DNA of 64,000 bases from Octopus bimaculoides (GCF_001194135.2 NC_068987.1:93392523-93456522); one strand, 5' to 3'; counted from the stretch's first letter, positions 11,592 to 25,352 are shown. Made by a program: numbers and translations. Notes: a model not told the origin generated them from the sequence alone.

Positions 11592-12282
11592 GCATATACG
11601 TATATGAGTATGTGTGTGAGTGTGTATGATATATCTATATATATATATATCTATCTATATATANNNNNNNNNNNNNNNNNNNNNNNNNNNNNNNNNNNNN
11701 NNNNNNNNNNNNNNNNNNNNNNNNNNNNNNNNNNNNNNNNNNNNNNNNNNNNNNNNNNNNNNNNNNNNNNNNNNNNNNNNNNNNNNNNNNNNNNNNNNNN
11801 NNNNNNNNNNNNNNNNNNNNNNNNNNNNNNNNNNNNNNNNNNNNNNNNNNNNNNNNNNNNNNNNNNNNNNNNNNNNNNNNNNNNNNNNNNNNNNNNNNNN
11901 NNNNNNNNNNNNNNNNNNNNNNNNNNNNNNNNNNNNNNNNNNNNNNNNNNNNNNNNNNNNNNNNNNNNNNNNNNNNNNNNNNNNNNNNNNNNNNNNNNNN
12001 NNNNNNNNNNNNNNNNNNNNNNNNNNNNNNNNNNNNNNNNNNNNNNNNNNNNNNNNNNNNNNNNNNNNNNNNNNNNNNNNNNNNNNNNNNNNNNNNNNNN
12101 NNNNNNNNNNNNNNNNNNNNNNNNNNNNNNNNNNNNNNNNNNNNNNNNNNNNNNNNNNNNNNNNNNNNNNNNNNNNNNNNNNNNNNNNNNNNNNNNNNNN
12201 NNNNNNNNNNNNNNNNNNNNNNNNNNNNNNNNNNNNNNNNNNNNNNNNNNNNNNNNNNNNNNNNNNNNNNNNNNNNNNNNNN

Positions 12283-12319
<37 letters not shown>

Positions 12320-12439
12320 GCATATACACACACACACGCACGCACACACACACACACACAGAGGGTGCGATGGGTATGCTGTCGTCATTATATATTTTTA
12401 ATTTTTCCCGCATGCGCATTGTTGGTTTTTAATTTTGTC

Positions 12440-12880
12440 GACTACACAGTATAATAGGGTCAGCTGAGCATCTGTGAGAAAAACAACACTATGAGGCCAT
12501 TCACTGTGCCAGAAATTTTGAAATGCTATTCCGTACTGCTTGGCATTCGCACCAGATGCTCCAATACGAACATTTCAGAGTCTTTAGGTGTCAATCTGAA
12601 GACATTGCAGAGGATTCAGAAAGAGCTAGATGAGTCTAATGGTGATTACGAAGGTAAGGTACGGCAGCTCTCAAAACTCTCTTCGATCATTCTGATGAGA
12701 AAATAATTCCTGAATTTGTTGAAGAGATCCAGGCCATGATTAACAGCGATTCCTCCAAGTCAATCAGGTCCATCGCCGGGAACATAGGAGTATCTGAGTT
12801 TCTTATGAGGCTATGGTTGAAGAGACATTTGGTATTCCTCATACAAGATGAGAAAGGGCTAATTTATATCCGAAGCCATC
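12440..12880 (+). mobile_element. IS630-Tc1-mariner transposase N-terminal remnant (two HTH regions), frameshifted and 3'-truncated
   Basis: ORF 12491 (ISESLGVNLKTLQRIQKELDESNG) and ORF 12736 (EIQAMINSDSSKSIRSIAGNIGVSEFL) read as paired HTH motifs; SYKMRKG continues in another frame. Confidence 0.7.
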
Positions 12881-12894
12881 TCTTTATACATGCC

Positions 12895-13065
12895 CTGATA
12901 ATTTCACACAGACTTGGTTCTGTTGTCTCGTTTTATTTAACATGTACATTACTCATACACGACCCGCATTAGACTCCTCACTCGTACCATTATTGAACCG
13001 AGAGTTTAACTACGGTCCTCCCATAGTACTTACATAGCGTTACCTACCACCTTGGGTCTTCTGAA
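12895..13065 (+). mobile_element. Family A Penelope-like repeat, tail only
   Basis: AATTTCACAC..TTG..TTGTTGTCTC.TTT..TTAACATGTACAT..GCATTAGACTCCT..TTATTGAACCG matches 55250-55390 and the reverse complement of 29405-29460. Confidence 0.65.
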
Positions 13066-13074
13066 TACCAATGC

Positions 13075-13106
<32 letters not shown>

Positions 13107-13149
13107 CCAATATATATGAATATATAGATAGGTTTGTATATACACATAT

Positions 13150-13345
13150 GCCACTGAGCTTTCGCATTTAACGAGCCGAGCAAAATGCTTTGCATTATTT
13201 CATCCATCCTTACGTTCTCAGTTGAAATCTCCATTTTGCCTTTCGGTCTTTCGAGGTCGACAAAAGGAGTCCTAGTTGAGTCCCAGTTGGGGTCGTAGTA
13301 CCCTCTCCACCTAACTTGCTGGTTTTGTCAAAATTTGACGTTGAC
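13150..13345 (+). mobile_element. Diverged tRNA-derived SINE (TTTGCCTTTC..TTTCG.GGTCGA core family)
   Basis: Same family as 53347, 54288, 58213 and 61623. Confidence 0.55.
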
Positions 13346-14493
13346 GTGTATGCATGTATGTACATATATATACATGTTCTCGTTTCTCTTTTTTTCACGT
13401 TTTTTTTTTGTCCTGTACCCATATATGCATGTATATGTACTTATATATGTAGGTATGTACATATATGTATGTATATATGCATATACTTCTATATTATTTA
13501 TATTATGATATATATATATATATATATANNNNNNNNNNNNNNNNNNNNNNNNNNNNNNNNNNNNNNNNNNNNNNNNNNNNNNNNNNNNNNNNNNNNNNNN
13601 NNNNNNNNNNNNNNNNNNNNNNNNNNNNNNNNNNNNNNNNNNNNNNNNNNNNNNNNNNNNNNNNNNNNNNNNNNNNNNGTGTGTGTGTGTGTACGTATAT
13701 ATGTATAGGCGTATGTATTATGTACAAACAATTACTAAAACCTACTTCATCTCTACACATTAAGCCAGCACACGTGTTTAAAAATTTGAACAGCGAAAGC
13801 TGCTATACATAAGATATACACTATACATGTGTGTGTGCGTGTCCCTGTATGTGTGTTTCTATCTGTATGTGTGTGTGTGTCTGTGTGTGTGTGTGTGTGT
13901 GTGTGCGTGTGTGTGTGTGTGTGTGTGTGGGTGTGTATGTATGTGTGTATGTATGTGTATAGAAAGAGAGAAAGGGAGCAGTAAGAGTGATAGGTAGAGG
14001 GAGAGATATAAGCATTCGTATGGGTCGGGTCTTGTTCAATTATAATGTCCGATGTGGTTATGTGGCTCCGTACGTGCTTGTCCCTTTCATTAACTTTAAT
14101 AAGTCTGTATCGGATATTTGGATATACATTTGTAACGTATCGTATCATATATGTTTCTAGGACTCCAGGACCCATGTTCACGGCAAACAAAGGGGAAAAA
14201 AAACAAGCATTTGTTTCCATTTCCTTGACTTCTGTAAACTGCAATCACGAAATGGAATTTTTCAAGCATCCACTGATTGGAGCAATGATATATTATGCAA
14301 CGATGCAAGAAGACCTCCTCACTGGGGGCTGCAATTTCCTTTACAATGAATGTAGTCATGCCACTGTGCAGAAACATAATTGCAGAATACATATTTATTA
14401 TCCTTCCTATTGTTGTTTTCATGGCGTTGTATATATCTTTGTTTCTGTCTATCTGCCTCTCTTTCCATATATGTGTGTACCTGTGTGTGTATG

Positions 14494-14552
<59 letters not shown>

Positions 14553-14676
14553 ATATATATATATAGAGAGAGAGCGGTCTGGTGTGTACCATTTTGATTC
14601 TAGAAAATGTACGGACAATGCTAATTCTACTATGTCTAATATTAATGGAAACTGTAGCAACAACAATAATAATAGA

Positions 14677-14714
<38 letters not shown>

Positions 14715-16768
14715 GCAACAGCAGAAGAATGATAAGTGTTACTTCATTCGTTGGTACAAGACGACATATTTTTAGGGAAGCATACGTTCGAGTTAATTGC
14801 TACTTATTTCCGCGGCTCAGTGGAATGCTAAACTCGGCTTAGCAACACACTGCCAGGCATTAATTCCAAATCTCTGCTACTCTGTCATCAGATGGAACAT
14901 TTTTTCAGCTTATTTTTCTTACATTTTCAAAATGAAAACTTCCAGAAAGAAAAAAATGTAATATTCGTAAAAAAAAATATAAGACTATGAGAGAATAAGA
15001 AATAATACAGCAATTATGGAATTCCTCACATTGTTTTGAAAGTACAAATTTTTAAAATATCTATGTTGTTAATTTTATCATGTTTAGTCTATGCTTGATA
15101 CGTATCTGGTTCACCTCCCTCTCATGAAAGGATCAGTTATTCGTTTGTAACTGGAGGTTATTTCGTGATCTCCTTATTGTGTAAAACCACATGAGCCCTC
15201 GATTAGAATACCTACATTTACAGGCGTTCCAGCAGTGAACATCACCTCTTTTCCCCCCATCCTTGTGTTTTTAGGCGGTAGAGTGGATGGATAGTTTGAT
15301 ATTACTTCAATCAGGATGAACACAGACTTTTCATTACCGTCCTATAGTTGCTATTACCCTTGGTTGTTATGTGCTCTCAGATCGGGAAATATGTACGAGG
15401 CAATCCCACGAGGAAAGAAAAGATCGTTTTTACCTGTATTCATATGCTCTAAAGTAATAATCCAACTACACATAGTTATGTGGTGAGTAACATAGTAATT
15501 ATTTGCTTAATAACTTATACTGTTATTGTACTTAAATAATCCTACTGCATCCTCTTACGGTCGCCTTTTACAACACATAGAACAAACGCTGGGTCTAATT
15601 ATCGAAAAACGTTTTGGCTTTGTTTATGGAAACATTTAAAATTAGTTTTTATTTCTATAATCATGATATAGAGCAGAATGAAATATGATGCGGAGTATAA
15701 CGAAAATTCAGCTACGAAACATATTTATAATGCTGTTATCACGGTTTGTAGAGTTAATGATGCTGGGTGAGTGAGAACTTAACAATCTAAACTATCAATG
15801 CATTTAAAAATAAAGGAAAGATATCAGCAAAAATCTTACACATATCCATATGTGCAGGTATATGTGTGTTTGTCACTGTGTAGTTGAGAAGCATATAATA
15901 CATGCACAAACGAACGCAAGACAGATATAGAAAGCCACGAACTCCTCATCTGTTATCAGCCAGAAGGTCGAACGCAATTTCGCACCATTAACGATAATGA
16001 TACTTCTCTTCTGATAATATCAGCACAAGAAGGTTCCGGTAAACGGGACCAAAAACTTAACAGTACGAGAAGGAACTAACAATAAATGAATAAACAAGCC
16101 ATACACAAGTGTACATACCAACATGAATAAATGTGATTGAAGACGAGACCATTGGTGGGCGGATGAAATGCGAAGACAAAATAAATAAACAGAATACAGC
16201 TTTAGAGAAAGACAGAGACGAAAGTATGGGTACGGCTGAAAGGAAAATTATATATATATATATATATNNNNNNNNNNNNNNNNNNNNNNNNNNNNNNNNN
16301 NNNNNNNNNNNNNNNNNNNNNNNNNNNNNNNNNNNNNNNNNNNNNNNNNNNNNNNNNNNNNNNNNNNNNNNNNNNNNNNNNNNNNNNNNNNNNNNNNNNN
16401 NNNNNNNNNNNNNNNNNNNNNNNNNNNNNNNNNNNNNNNNNNNNNNNNNNNNNNNNNNNNNNNNNNNNNNNNNNNNNNNNNNNNNNNNNNNNNNNNNNNN
16501 NNNNNNNNNNNNNNNNNNNNNNNNNNNNNNNNNNNNNNNNNNNNNNNNNNNNNNNNNNNNNNNNNNNNNNNNNNNNNNNNNNNNNNNNNNNNNNNNNNNN
16601 NNNNNNNNNNNNNNNNNNNNNNNNNNNNNNNNNNNNNNNNNNNNNNNNNNNNNNNNNNNNNNNNNNNNNNNNNNNNNNNNNNNNNNNNNNNNNNNNNNNN
16701 NNNNNNNNNNNNNNNNNNNNNNNNNNNNNNNNNNNNNNNNNNNNNNNNNNNNNNNNNNNNNNNNNNNN

Positions 16769-16847
<79 letters not shown>

Positions 16848-17899
16848 CGTGTGTGTGTACATTTTTAGCAAATTGAAAGGTATGGCCTGTCATAGAGTGA
16901 CCGATGTTTTTGCACCTGTAAGACGGTTAGTATTTTTGGCGACTCGTAAGATTCAGATGATTAAAAGCGCGTAACGTCTCTACAGCTGGAGGAAGAAATA
17001 CGTAACGGTCAATTGGTTTTGTAAACAAAAAATAATTATGCGTGCTGTAGTCGGGACGGAATTATCGCCCTTACATCAGTTCCAGCTTTGCTGATATTCT
17101 AAGGAGCTTGATAGGGCAAGAATCTATAAAATGTCGCTCGATCTAGGGACCTTTTTAAACTACAGTTAAAATGCATTAATCTAAAACGTTTCTTTCTACA
17201 GACTTGGAATTCCCCATTTGTTGAATAAACCCCCGTTTTATCACAACTTAAATGTAAAAGAGACTTAATTTCGAGACAACAGGTTCCCTAATTTCTTCTT
17301 CCATAGCTTAAATGAATTCCCCGATTAAAGAAAAAGCACAACTAATTTCCGACGTCATAAATGACGCTGCAATCGCATTTCTTTCGCACTTAGTTACGTA
17401 GTAAGCGCGTCCGACTGAACAACACATTTTGTGGTTCGACAATGCATGTTTATCAGAAATTAATGTACACACGCGTACACACATGTGTGAGATAGAAAAT
17501 GGAAAGGAAGAAAATAAGAAATGATGAAAAACAATTTGAAGAAGGGGTGGAGAAGGAGGAAAATATATAACTTTCGAGATAAAAATATCGAGTTCAAATA
17601 TAAACTAAAAGTTAACTATAGTTGTATGTAGATATATGTGTGATAGAAAGAGAGAGAGAGATTGAGAGTGTATGTGTAAGCGTGTGTGTACGTACGAGTA
17701 TATTTCATTATGTTCGGATGATGTTCGTGGTCGTTTTAGGGTGATACATATGAGATAGGGTTTTGTTTTCTTAATCAGTCTCCATATCAGCGTTTTGTAT
17801 TTCCATTATGAAATTTGTGATGTAACTGAACAGGTTGTGAGGAGAAAGGGTTTAGGTGAAGCTTTACACACCATTTCTCTGTTTCTGTTTTGTTTGTTT

Positions 17900-17900
17900 C

Positions 17901-17954
<54 letters not shown>

Positions 17955-18016
17955 TGTTGTTGTAGTTGGTGTTGTTGTTGTTGTTGTTGTTGCTGTTGTT
18001 GTTGTTGTTGTTGTTT
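17900..18016. repeat. (TTG)n/(CTG)n microsatellite
   Basis: Directly visible; source of the poly-Q/C/N/T ORFs. Confidence 0.95.
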
Positions 18017-18345
18017 TGCCCACAGGTTATCTCTTCGGAAAACATCTATAAACAAGTCTTTCGAGTCGTGAGAGCATTGGGCTGAGACACATTTCATTTT
18101 GAAGACCTGCATTAAATGCGTCATTCGCCGCCAATGTAAAAGTATATTGATTTGAGGGAGACATGACAACTATTTCTAGTAGGTTGACTATTGAATTTGA
18201 GGGTCCCTTGCCATTGCTCGATAATGTGTTGTTATTACGGTTCAGTGGAGCAAAACATTACTGAGTCGTGACGACCATCCCAATGAGCTGAAGAATTAAG
18301 AATATAAATGAAGCGGAAGCAATTAAATAAACAACATGGATGACA

Positions 18346-18348
<3 letters not shown>

Positions 18349-18395
<47 letters not shown>

Positions 18396-18597
18396 TAGTG
18401 GTGGCGTCGGCGTTTTTTTTATATTGTTGTTGTTCGTGGTGGTGTTGGTACTGTTGATCGTGTAGCTGCGAGAAGAAGAAGAAGAAGAAGAAGAAGAAGA
18501 AGAAGAAGAAGAAGAAGAAGAAGAAGAAGAAGAAGAAGAAGAAGAAGAAGAAGAAGAAGAAGAAGAAACAAACAAAGAAAGAATTAAAGAAAGAAGT

Positions 18598-18628
<31 letters not shown>

Positions 18629-18804
18629 AGAAGAAAGAAACAAAAAACAAACAAACAAAAAAAGAACGAATGAAGAATGAAAAAAGGAAAGAAAAGAAGA
18701 AACTGAAGGCAGAAAAAAAATACTAAGAGAAATTTTGATGATAACACTGATGGTGATTTTGATGAAGATGCTGATGATAGCGTTTATTTTTACTATTATT
18801 ACTA

Positions 18805-18875
<71 letters not shown>

Positions 18876-19079
18876 TTACTTTTTATTGTTGTATACTGGG
18901 TACGCTTTGGTTGTTTGTTTTATTGTATACGATATAATTTCGTTATACGTAAAACTCCACACTTTATATCTGTCTTGTATTCTCAGCCTCATTCTTTGCC
19001 CGCGGAGCAAATAAAAGAAAACGTCATCATCATGATTATCATCATTATTATCATTATTATTATTATTTTATTATTATTA

Positions 19080-19167
<88 letters not shown>
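18349..19167. repeat. Microsatellite cluster (AGT)n, (AAG)n, (AAAG)n, (ATT)n
   Basis: Directly visible. Confidence 0.9.
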
Positions 19168-19235
19168 GTGGGCGTAGTGACTAAGAGCGCAGTCTACTAA
19201 CCCCAAGATTCCGAGTTCGATTCCAGACAGTGACT

Positions 19236-19310
<75 letters not shown>

Positions 19311-19490
19311 TTGAAAAATACCTTAGGAATGAGAACACAGGTCCAAAATTTCCCCAAGACACCTGAACAAGCCTGGAGGGTATATCAGCCGAAAAGTTGT
19401 GTAAACAACAAACAAGATGAGGACAAATATCCGTCAAATGTAAATAATGAAAATAATGTAAATAATGCAAATAATGTAAATAATATATCT
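19168..19490 (+). mobile_element. Composite retroposon: tRNA-derived head + (AAT)n + Penelope-like tail with hammerhead motif + 9-bp tandem tail
   Basis: A box GGGCGTAGTGA, B box GAGTTCGATTCC (19213-19224), (AAT)n 19238-19309, hammerhead-like 19359-19402, (AATGTAAAT)n 19437-19485. Confidence 0.65.
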
Positions 19491-21179
19491 AATTGGTTAT
19501 GTTTTAGAAACGACTCCGTTTTTTTTTTTTTTCAGTTTATATAAGAAAGTCGTGATGAGTTATAAAATTGAATACTGTGTCGTTAGGTACAAATAATTGG
19601 CTATATCAGGTGCTAAGTGTAAATGAAAGAGAGAACAAAGTCGGTTAGAAATATAAAATATGGTTTGCTGTAAAATGTAAAAACGACACAACTAACTATT
19701 GCTTCTAATTTGTATTTCCTAAATATCATCGGACTATAGATAACCAAATTACAACAGGCATATAGTCCATTTTTTGTATTTTAGTGCATTGTTGTACCAT
19801 TCAAAACTTTTTATTCTTTACATATCTTAACTTTACACATTTCGTTTTGTATTTTTTAGATAATCCAAGCATTTTTATTAGATATGATTTACTGCATATG
19901 CAAGCAAGGGGTAACAAGAGATTTATGGTTTGGTTATTCCATATTACCTGATATTATTTGATGTTACTCTATTATCGTATATAGGGTAAGAAGTGATTCA
20001 TGTTCTCAGGTCACAAAAAAAGATTTATGTCCCCAATCAAAACTTATTGACGAAGTTTCGATTCAAGTATGGATTCCGGAAATCTTGGCACATTTTTGCT
20101 TGTTCTAGCACCGGTGAATCGTTTTACCAGATTCCCCATTTTCAGTACTGAAATATGACAGTAAATGTTTGAAAATGTACAGAGGAACGATGAATATGAA
20201 ATGCCTTGTTCGTATCTGTCGATATCCATAAGAGTGCTTTTGTCTTGTTTTACAACGTTACCAGTGACATCCCCTCACAAACCAGGTGGCACACTAACAA
20301 CCATCAGGAATAGATTATTAATGTTAGTTGACCTGAAAAAACTTCATTTTTATTGATATATCTCCTATTCATCTATCATATATGTTGTTGGGTTACATCT
20401 TCACAAAGAGTGAATTAAACTTCTGTATCTATCTCTATATGTTCATGAACATATACGGAGGTATAAAGGAATAAAAATACGAATACAGTGAGGCGTGAAT
20501 GTATCAAGGAATGAATGAATAAGTAGATCTATAAATATGTGGCTGAATGGCTGTATAAATGAATGAACTCTAAAATATATGAATATAGGAATGATTAAAT
20601 GCATGGATGAACAAATGAATTTATACTTAAGGGAATATTTGGATTAATGTTGTGCTTGGTATTTTCTGGTTCGAAGTTAAGATGGTGTCAGACAACATGC
20701 TGCGGTGACTAGAATTTATATTATCATTCCCTCGTACATCAGACGACATTTCACAACCAAATGGTCCACTTCAACCAGCTGGAAGCAGACTCAATACAAC
20801 ATTACAACGGGCAATTCTGAATTTTTGCAGAAAACTATAATTGATGAATAATAATCTACCTTGCAATGTTGAGATACAAATCCTACCACCTACCTAGCAT
20901 TAAAAAAAAATTCATAGAAACTTTGGCAGGTTAGCTTGAATTTAATTTAATATTAGTGAGGACGAGTTTATTCACGAAATTACCATAAGATGAGTCGACG
21001 TTACAAACATCATGGAAATATTGTCTAGTTTTGAGAACGTGAATAGAAATTAGTTGAGATCGAACTGGAAAAATTGCAAATATCCGATGCCACCCACACC
21101 CGCACACAACACTTAACCAAGTCGACCACTGTTCTGTAGATACAAAAAGGGGTACAGTTGCACATTTATTTTTAATCAC

Positions 21180-21724
21180 TACAATTGTTTCAACGGAACG
21201 TAGTTCTCAAGTGTGTTGGCATCTGATTATGCAACTATTTCCCCGCACTCTGAGACCTCGTTGTGCTTTCTCAGGTGATATGTAAATATTGTCTCCGTAA
21301 GTTTAAAATCTTCGGTTTCTAGAACACTCTGTCCGTCGTGGCCTGAATTTAGTAGTAGCCACTTAGCTTATCAGGGTGTATTGTTGCTGAAGGACCATTG
21401 GCAACCTGTTTTGAATGTGTAAATGTAGTGGAATGGTGATTCTGCTACTGTTAAAGTGGTGGCAAATGTTCACTGCTGTTAGCATTCGGTCACCTTCAGA
21501 GAGATTATGAATTCACCGAGCCATCCGTACTGTTGTTTTCTCGGAACTACCGTTCTTTGCCAATCTTTGTATTGGCCAGTGGCTTGGTAAAGCTTCGATG
21601 CTTGAACTCAAGCCGTTTTCCTACATCCTAATTGCTGGCTAATGTTCACGAAGGGCACAATTTGCTGATGAAGCAATACAATCTTTGATCCAGTAACTGG
21701 GCTGATACTACGACGCTTTCCCAT
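21180..21724 (-). mobile_element. Decayed Tc1-like transposase
   Basis: Minus translation from 21724: MGKRRSISPVTGSKIVLLHQQIVPFVNISQQLGCRKTA*VQASKLYQATGQYKDWQRTVVPRK. This is a Tc1-type N-terminal HTH with a degenerate GRPR-like motif, plus stops and frameshifts. Confidence 0.7.
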
Positions 21725-22049
21725 TGCGAATTAATGTGTAACGATGCTTGATTATTAAACAAAACAGTTCAGTACGACCAGCCATATGACCACCCATTTG
21801 CTTTATGAATTTGCATAATCTTGGTACGGTCTTAAACTTATTTTGACGACAATTTCTTATCATTTGAATTAATTGCACATGAAAATTATTCAAATTGTAG
21901 AAAGATATATAATGCCTACACCATTCGAAAGAGACAATAATTCTACATAAACTGTAATAAGCAAAATAATTTTATTCAGTTTTGCTAAAAATATATTAAT
22001 GACCAATATCTGTCCACAAATAACTTTTAGAATGAAATCAAGAAAACTG

Positions 22050-22265
22050 ATGTCCTTCTGTCAGAGTCTTCCTAGTCTTACCCTTCTTCGTTTTGCTCTT
22101 CCATCTAGTTTGTGGATGCTGAGGTTCTGGGCCCGGATCACATGACCAAAATGTACAGCAGTTTTCGCAGCCTTGCCAACAATTTTATTTCCATTCTCAG
22201 TTCTGACAATTTTTTGCAATGGTCACTCCAGTTAATCAACCACACTCTTTGCTAGCACGTCGTTT
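22050..22265 (-). mobile_element. LINE (RTE-like) ORF2 C-terminal fragment
   Basis: Minus translation contains HFGHVIRAQNLSIHKLDGRAKRRRVRLGR, resembling the (Y/H)FGHV.R...G.R.RGRP terminus of RTE-type LINEs. Confidence 0.55.
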
Positions 22266-23442
22266 CAGATAATTTGTGTATATCTATATATGTATGTTTG
22301 CATGCATGTATGTATATACATGCGCACACACACACACGCACTCACATACACACACACACAATATAAACATATGCTGTTTATAAACATTTTTTTTTATTCT
22401 ATCAAGCACAGGGAAACCGGGTGACTCAGACACGCACACAGATATATATACACAAACATTTACGTATATGCTAACTAGTAAAAGAGAACACATCTTACAT
22501 TTATTGAGTGATAAATTTATTCTGCATATTACAAAGTTCAATATTAAATTGCTGTTGTATTAACATTGTTAAGTTCGTTGCTGTAGTACACAATCTGACA
22601 TGTCCATTTTTTAAACTAAACTACATGCTATATCATTTGTAAAGTATTCTTGTGTACAAAATATATCACACAAATAATCTAACGTTCGGTTTCGTTGCTA
22701 CGAACGTGCTACATGTATTTATATACAACTAATTCTATCCAGTCGACTTTAGTGAATATTAGTGGGGTTGTTGTCAACCAATTTGCAGAAAGCTTAAAGT
22801 TTATAGAGAGGCTGACGAGTACGTCAAAAAGATTCAAAACGTACAATTATATGTCTCTCTGGTTTTCTATCCGCTCACATATTGTACAAAAAAATCATTA
22901 AAATTCGCGTTATTAAACAGGATATATACAAGTTTAATATACAGTATATAATCTATAGCAACAGTCAGAATTCGCACCCAAATATATTTCTGCCAACTTA
23001 GAAAATGTCACTATTTATAACGTATACTTACGGTTTCTTTAGGTTAGGTATAATCATGGTTATCAAAGGTGATAAACATTTAACCAAACTGTAACACATT
23101 AGCCACAACCATGCAGGAGTCTGAATTGATGTTTCTAACTTTTTAGGTTCCATTCCAATGCTTGCTTCTCTCATTGATTTTAGTTCAAAACACGCGTATA
23201 ATCTTTTAATTCTTTTTTTCATCGTTTCATATAAAATCTCATTTTCCAGTTCAATGTCCTTGTGTTTAAAGGATCAACTTCTTTGTTTTTACGTTTTGTT
23301 TCATACATAATGTGTGCAGGTACACACACACACACACATATAGTGAGAAATACATATACATATATGTATATATATATATGAAAATATATGTATATACATA
23401 CATGCATACATATATATGTTGATATAAATGTAAAACATATTC

Positions 23443-23480
<38 letters not shown>

Positions 23481-24444
23481 GCATATAAATGTATATAAGT
23501 GTACATACTTATATATATATATGTGTGTGTGTATATATACACTTATATTTATAGATACATACACACGTACACTCATATATTATATTATATGTGAATGTAG
23601 ATATATATGCACGCATGTCAATGTTTGTATATATGCATAGATCTCTGCCTGTCACTGAGCATGTGTGTTTAAATGGCGTTTTAGGAAATATCGTTTTTTT
23701 GATACAAACGCCACGCGGTTTATTGTAGCTGTTGTTTCTTTAAAATGGAGATAGAATTCTTCAGACATATCGTTGCCATTGAAACAGGAGAGCCATAAAA
23801 CAAAGTAAATATTTCCTGTTACATAGTTGTCTTTTGTTTATGTTAATGACGCCTATGTGGTTTGGCGGTTTAATGGCAACGTTTAAAATTTTCATTGCCA
23901 GTCGTTACAGAGCTTCACTCACGCCACGGTCGTCCCCTCACCATGAGATTCCTTTCAGAAGTTGCTTGAAGATATTTTCGATTCAAACCCATTGATGTGT
24001 ATGTCCCTCAATGAAGCCAACTACAATATGTATGTATGGATTCTAAGTCAGCATGGGGTCAATGCCTGACAAGAGCAGTAACTGAGCCTCTGTGCATATG
24101 TACGCATAAACATGTGCGTGCGCATGCGTAACCTTTCCTTTATGAGGTTGTACTCTCAAACTAGCAATGCGGTTGTGTGTAATTAAGTTCAGTTGCAGGG
24201 CACTGTAAGCCTCCAAGGACATTAAAAGATATTGGTAAGATTCCAACACATGAGCTGATCCAGTGTTGTTCAATTCACGATATATCTAAGAAGTTAACGT
24301 CTTATATACTTTCCGACCTTTAAGAAGCGAATATACCGAATGCAGATTGACAAACAATAAATTTCAGAAAGAGGAATATTTTAATAACCTCTTCGCTAAA
24401 TATTAGATTTTATTTCAAGTTTACATATATATTGAAAAATATAT

Positions 24445-24484
<40 letters not shown>

Positions 24485-24488
24485 ACAG

Positions 24489-24524
<36 letters not shown>

Positions 24525-25094
24525 NNNNNNNNNNNNNNNNNNNNNNNNNNNNNNNNNNNNNNNNNNNNNNNNNNNNNNNNNNNNNNNNNNNNNNNNNNNN
24601 NNNNNNNNNNNNNNNNNNNNNNNNNNNNNNNNNNNNNNNNNNNNNNNNNNNNNNNNNNNNNNNNNNNNNNNNNNNNNNNNNNNNNNNNNNNNNNNNNNNN
24701 NNNNNNNNNNNNNNNNNNNNNNNNNNNNNNNNNNNNNNNNNNNNNNNNNNNNNNNNNNNNNNNNNNNNNNNNNNNNNNNNNNNNNNNNNNNNNNNNNNNN
24801 NNNNNNNNNNNNNNNNNNNNNNNNNNNNNNNNNNNNNNNNNNNNNNNNNNNNNNNNNNNNNNNNNNNNNNNNNNNNNNNNNNNNNNNNNNNNNNNNNNNN
24901 NNNNNNNNNNNNNNNNNNNNNNNNNNNNNNNNNNNNNNNNNNNNNNNNNNNNNNNNNNNNNNNNNNNNNNNNNNNNNNNNNNNNNNNNNNNNNNNNNNNN
25001 NNNNNNNNNNNNNNNNNNNNNNNNNNNNNNNNNNNNNNNNNNNNNNNNNNNNNNNNNNNNNNNNNNNNNNNNNNNNNNNNNNNNNNNNNNNNNN

Positions 25095-25352
25095 NGTCTG
25101 TGTTAAGCAGGAAATGTTGTGTCAAAACAGGAAGTGTGTGTAAGGGGAGACAAGTGTTTTTAGTTGGAGTTATGAACTCTTTTCTTCCCAACAGGAAGTT
25201 TGTGTCTGTTCATAGAGGAATAAGGTCACTGAGGGGTGGGTGTGTTAAGAAATGGTTGGAATTTCTCTATGAAAAGATTCTCCTTGTTGATTCTTTCTTG
25301 TGTGGAGATTCTGTCTTTACATTGATAGAAAGGGAATATAATGAATTTAGGG
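25095..25352 (-). mobile_element. Penelope-like element, GIY-YIG C-terminus and 3' flank
   Basis: Minus translation PKFIIFPFYQCKDRISTQERINKENLFIEKFQPFLN matches the R..KE..FI..F.P.LN end of Penelope endonucleases; homologous to 48250-48370. Confidence 0.7.

Noticed and set aside
19168-19235. Possible tRNA gene
   Set aside because: A and B boxes are present but there is no acceptor stem or full cloverleaf; treated as a SINE head.
9895-19470. Homopolymeric ORFs (poly-D, V, S, T, L, Q, C, F, I)
   Set aside because: They come from trinucleotide arrays that are open in several frames on both strands; no flanking domain.
23028-23222. ORF MKKRIKRL... ending at a GTAAGT donor
   Set aside because: No convincing acceptor or homology; length is within chance range.
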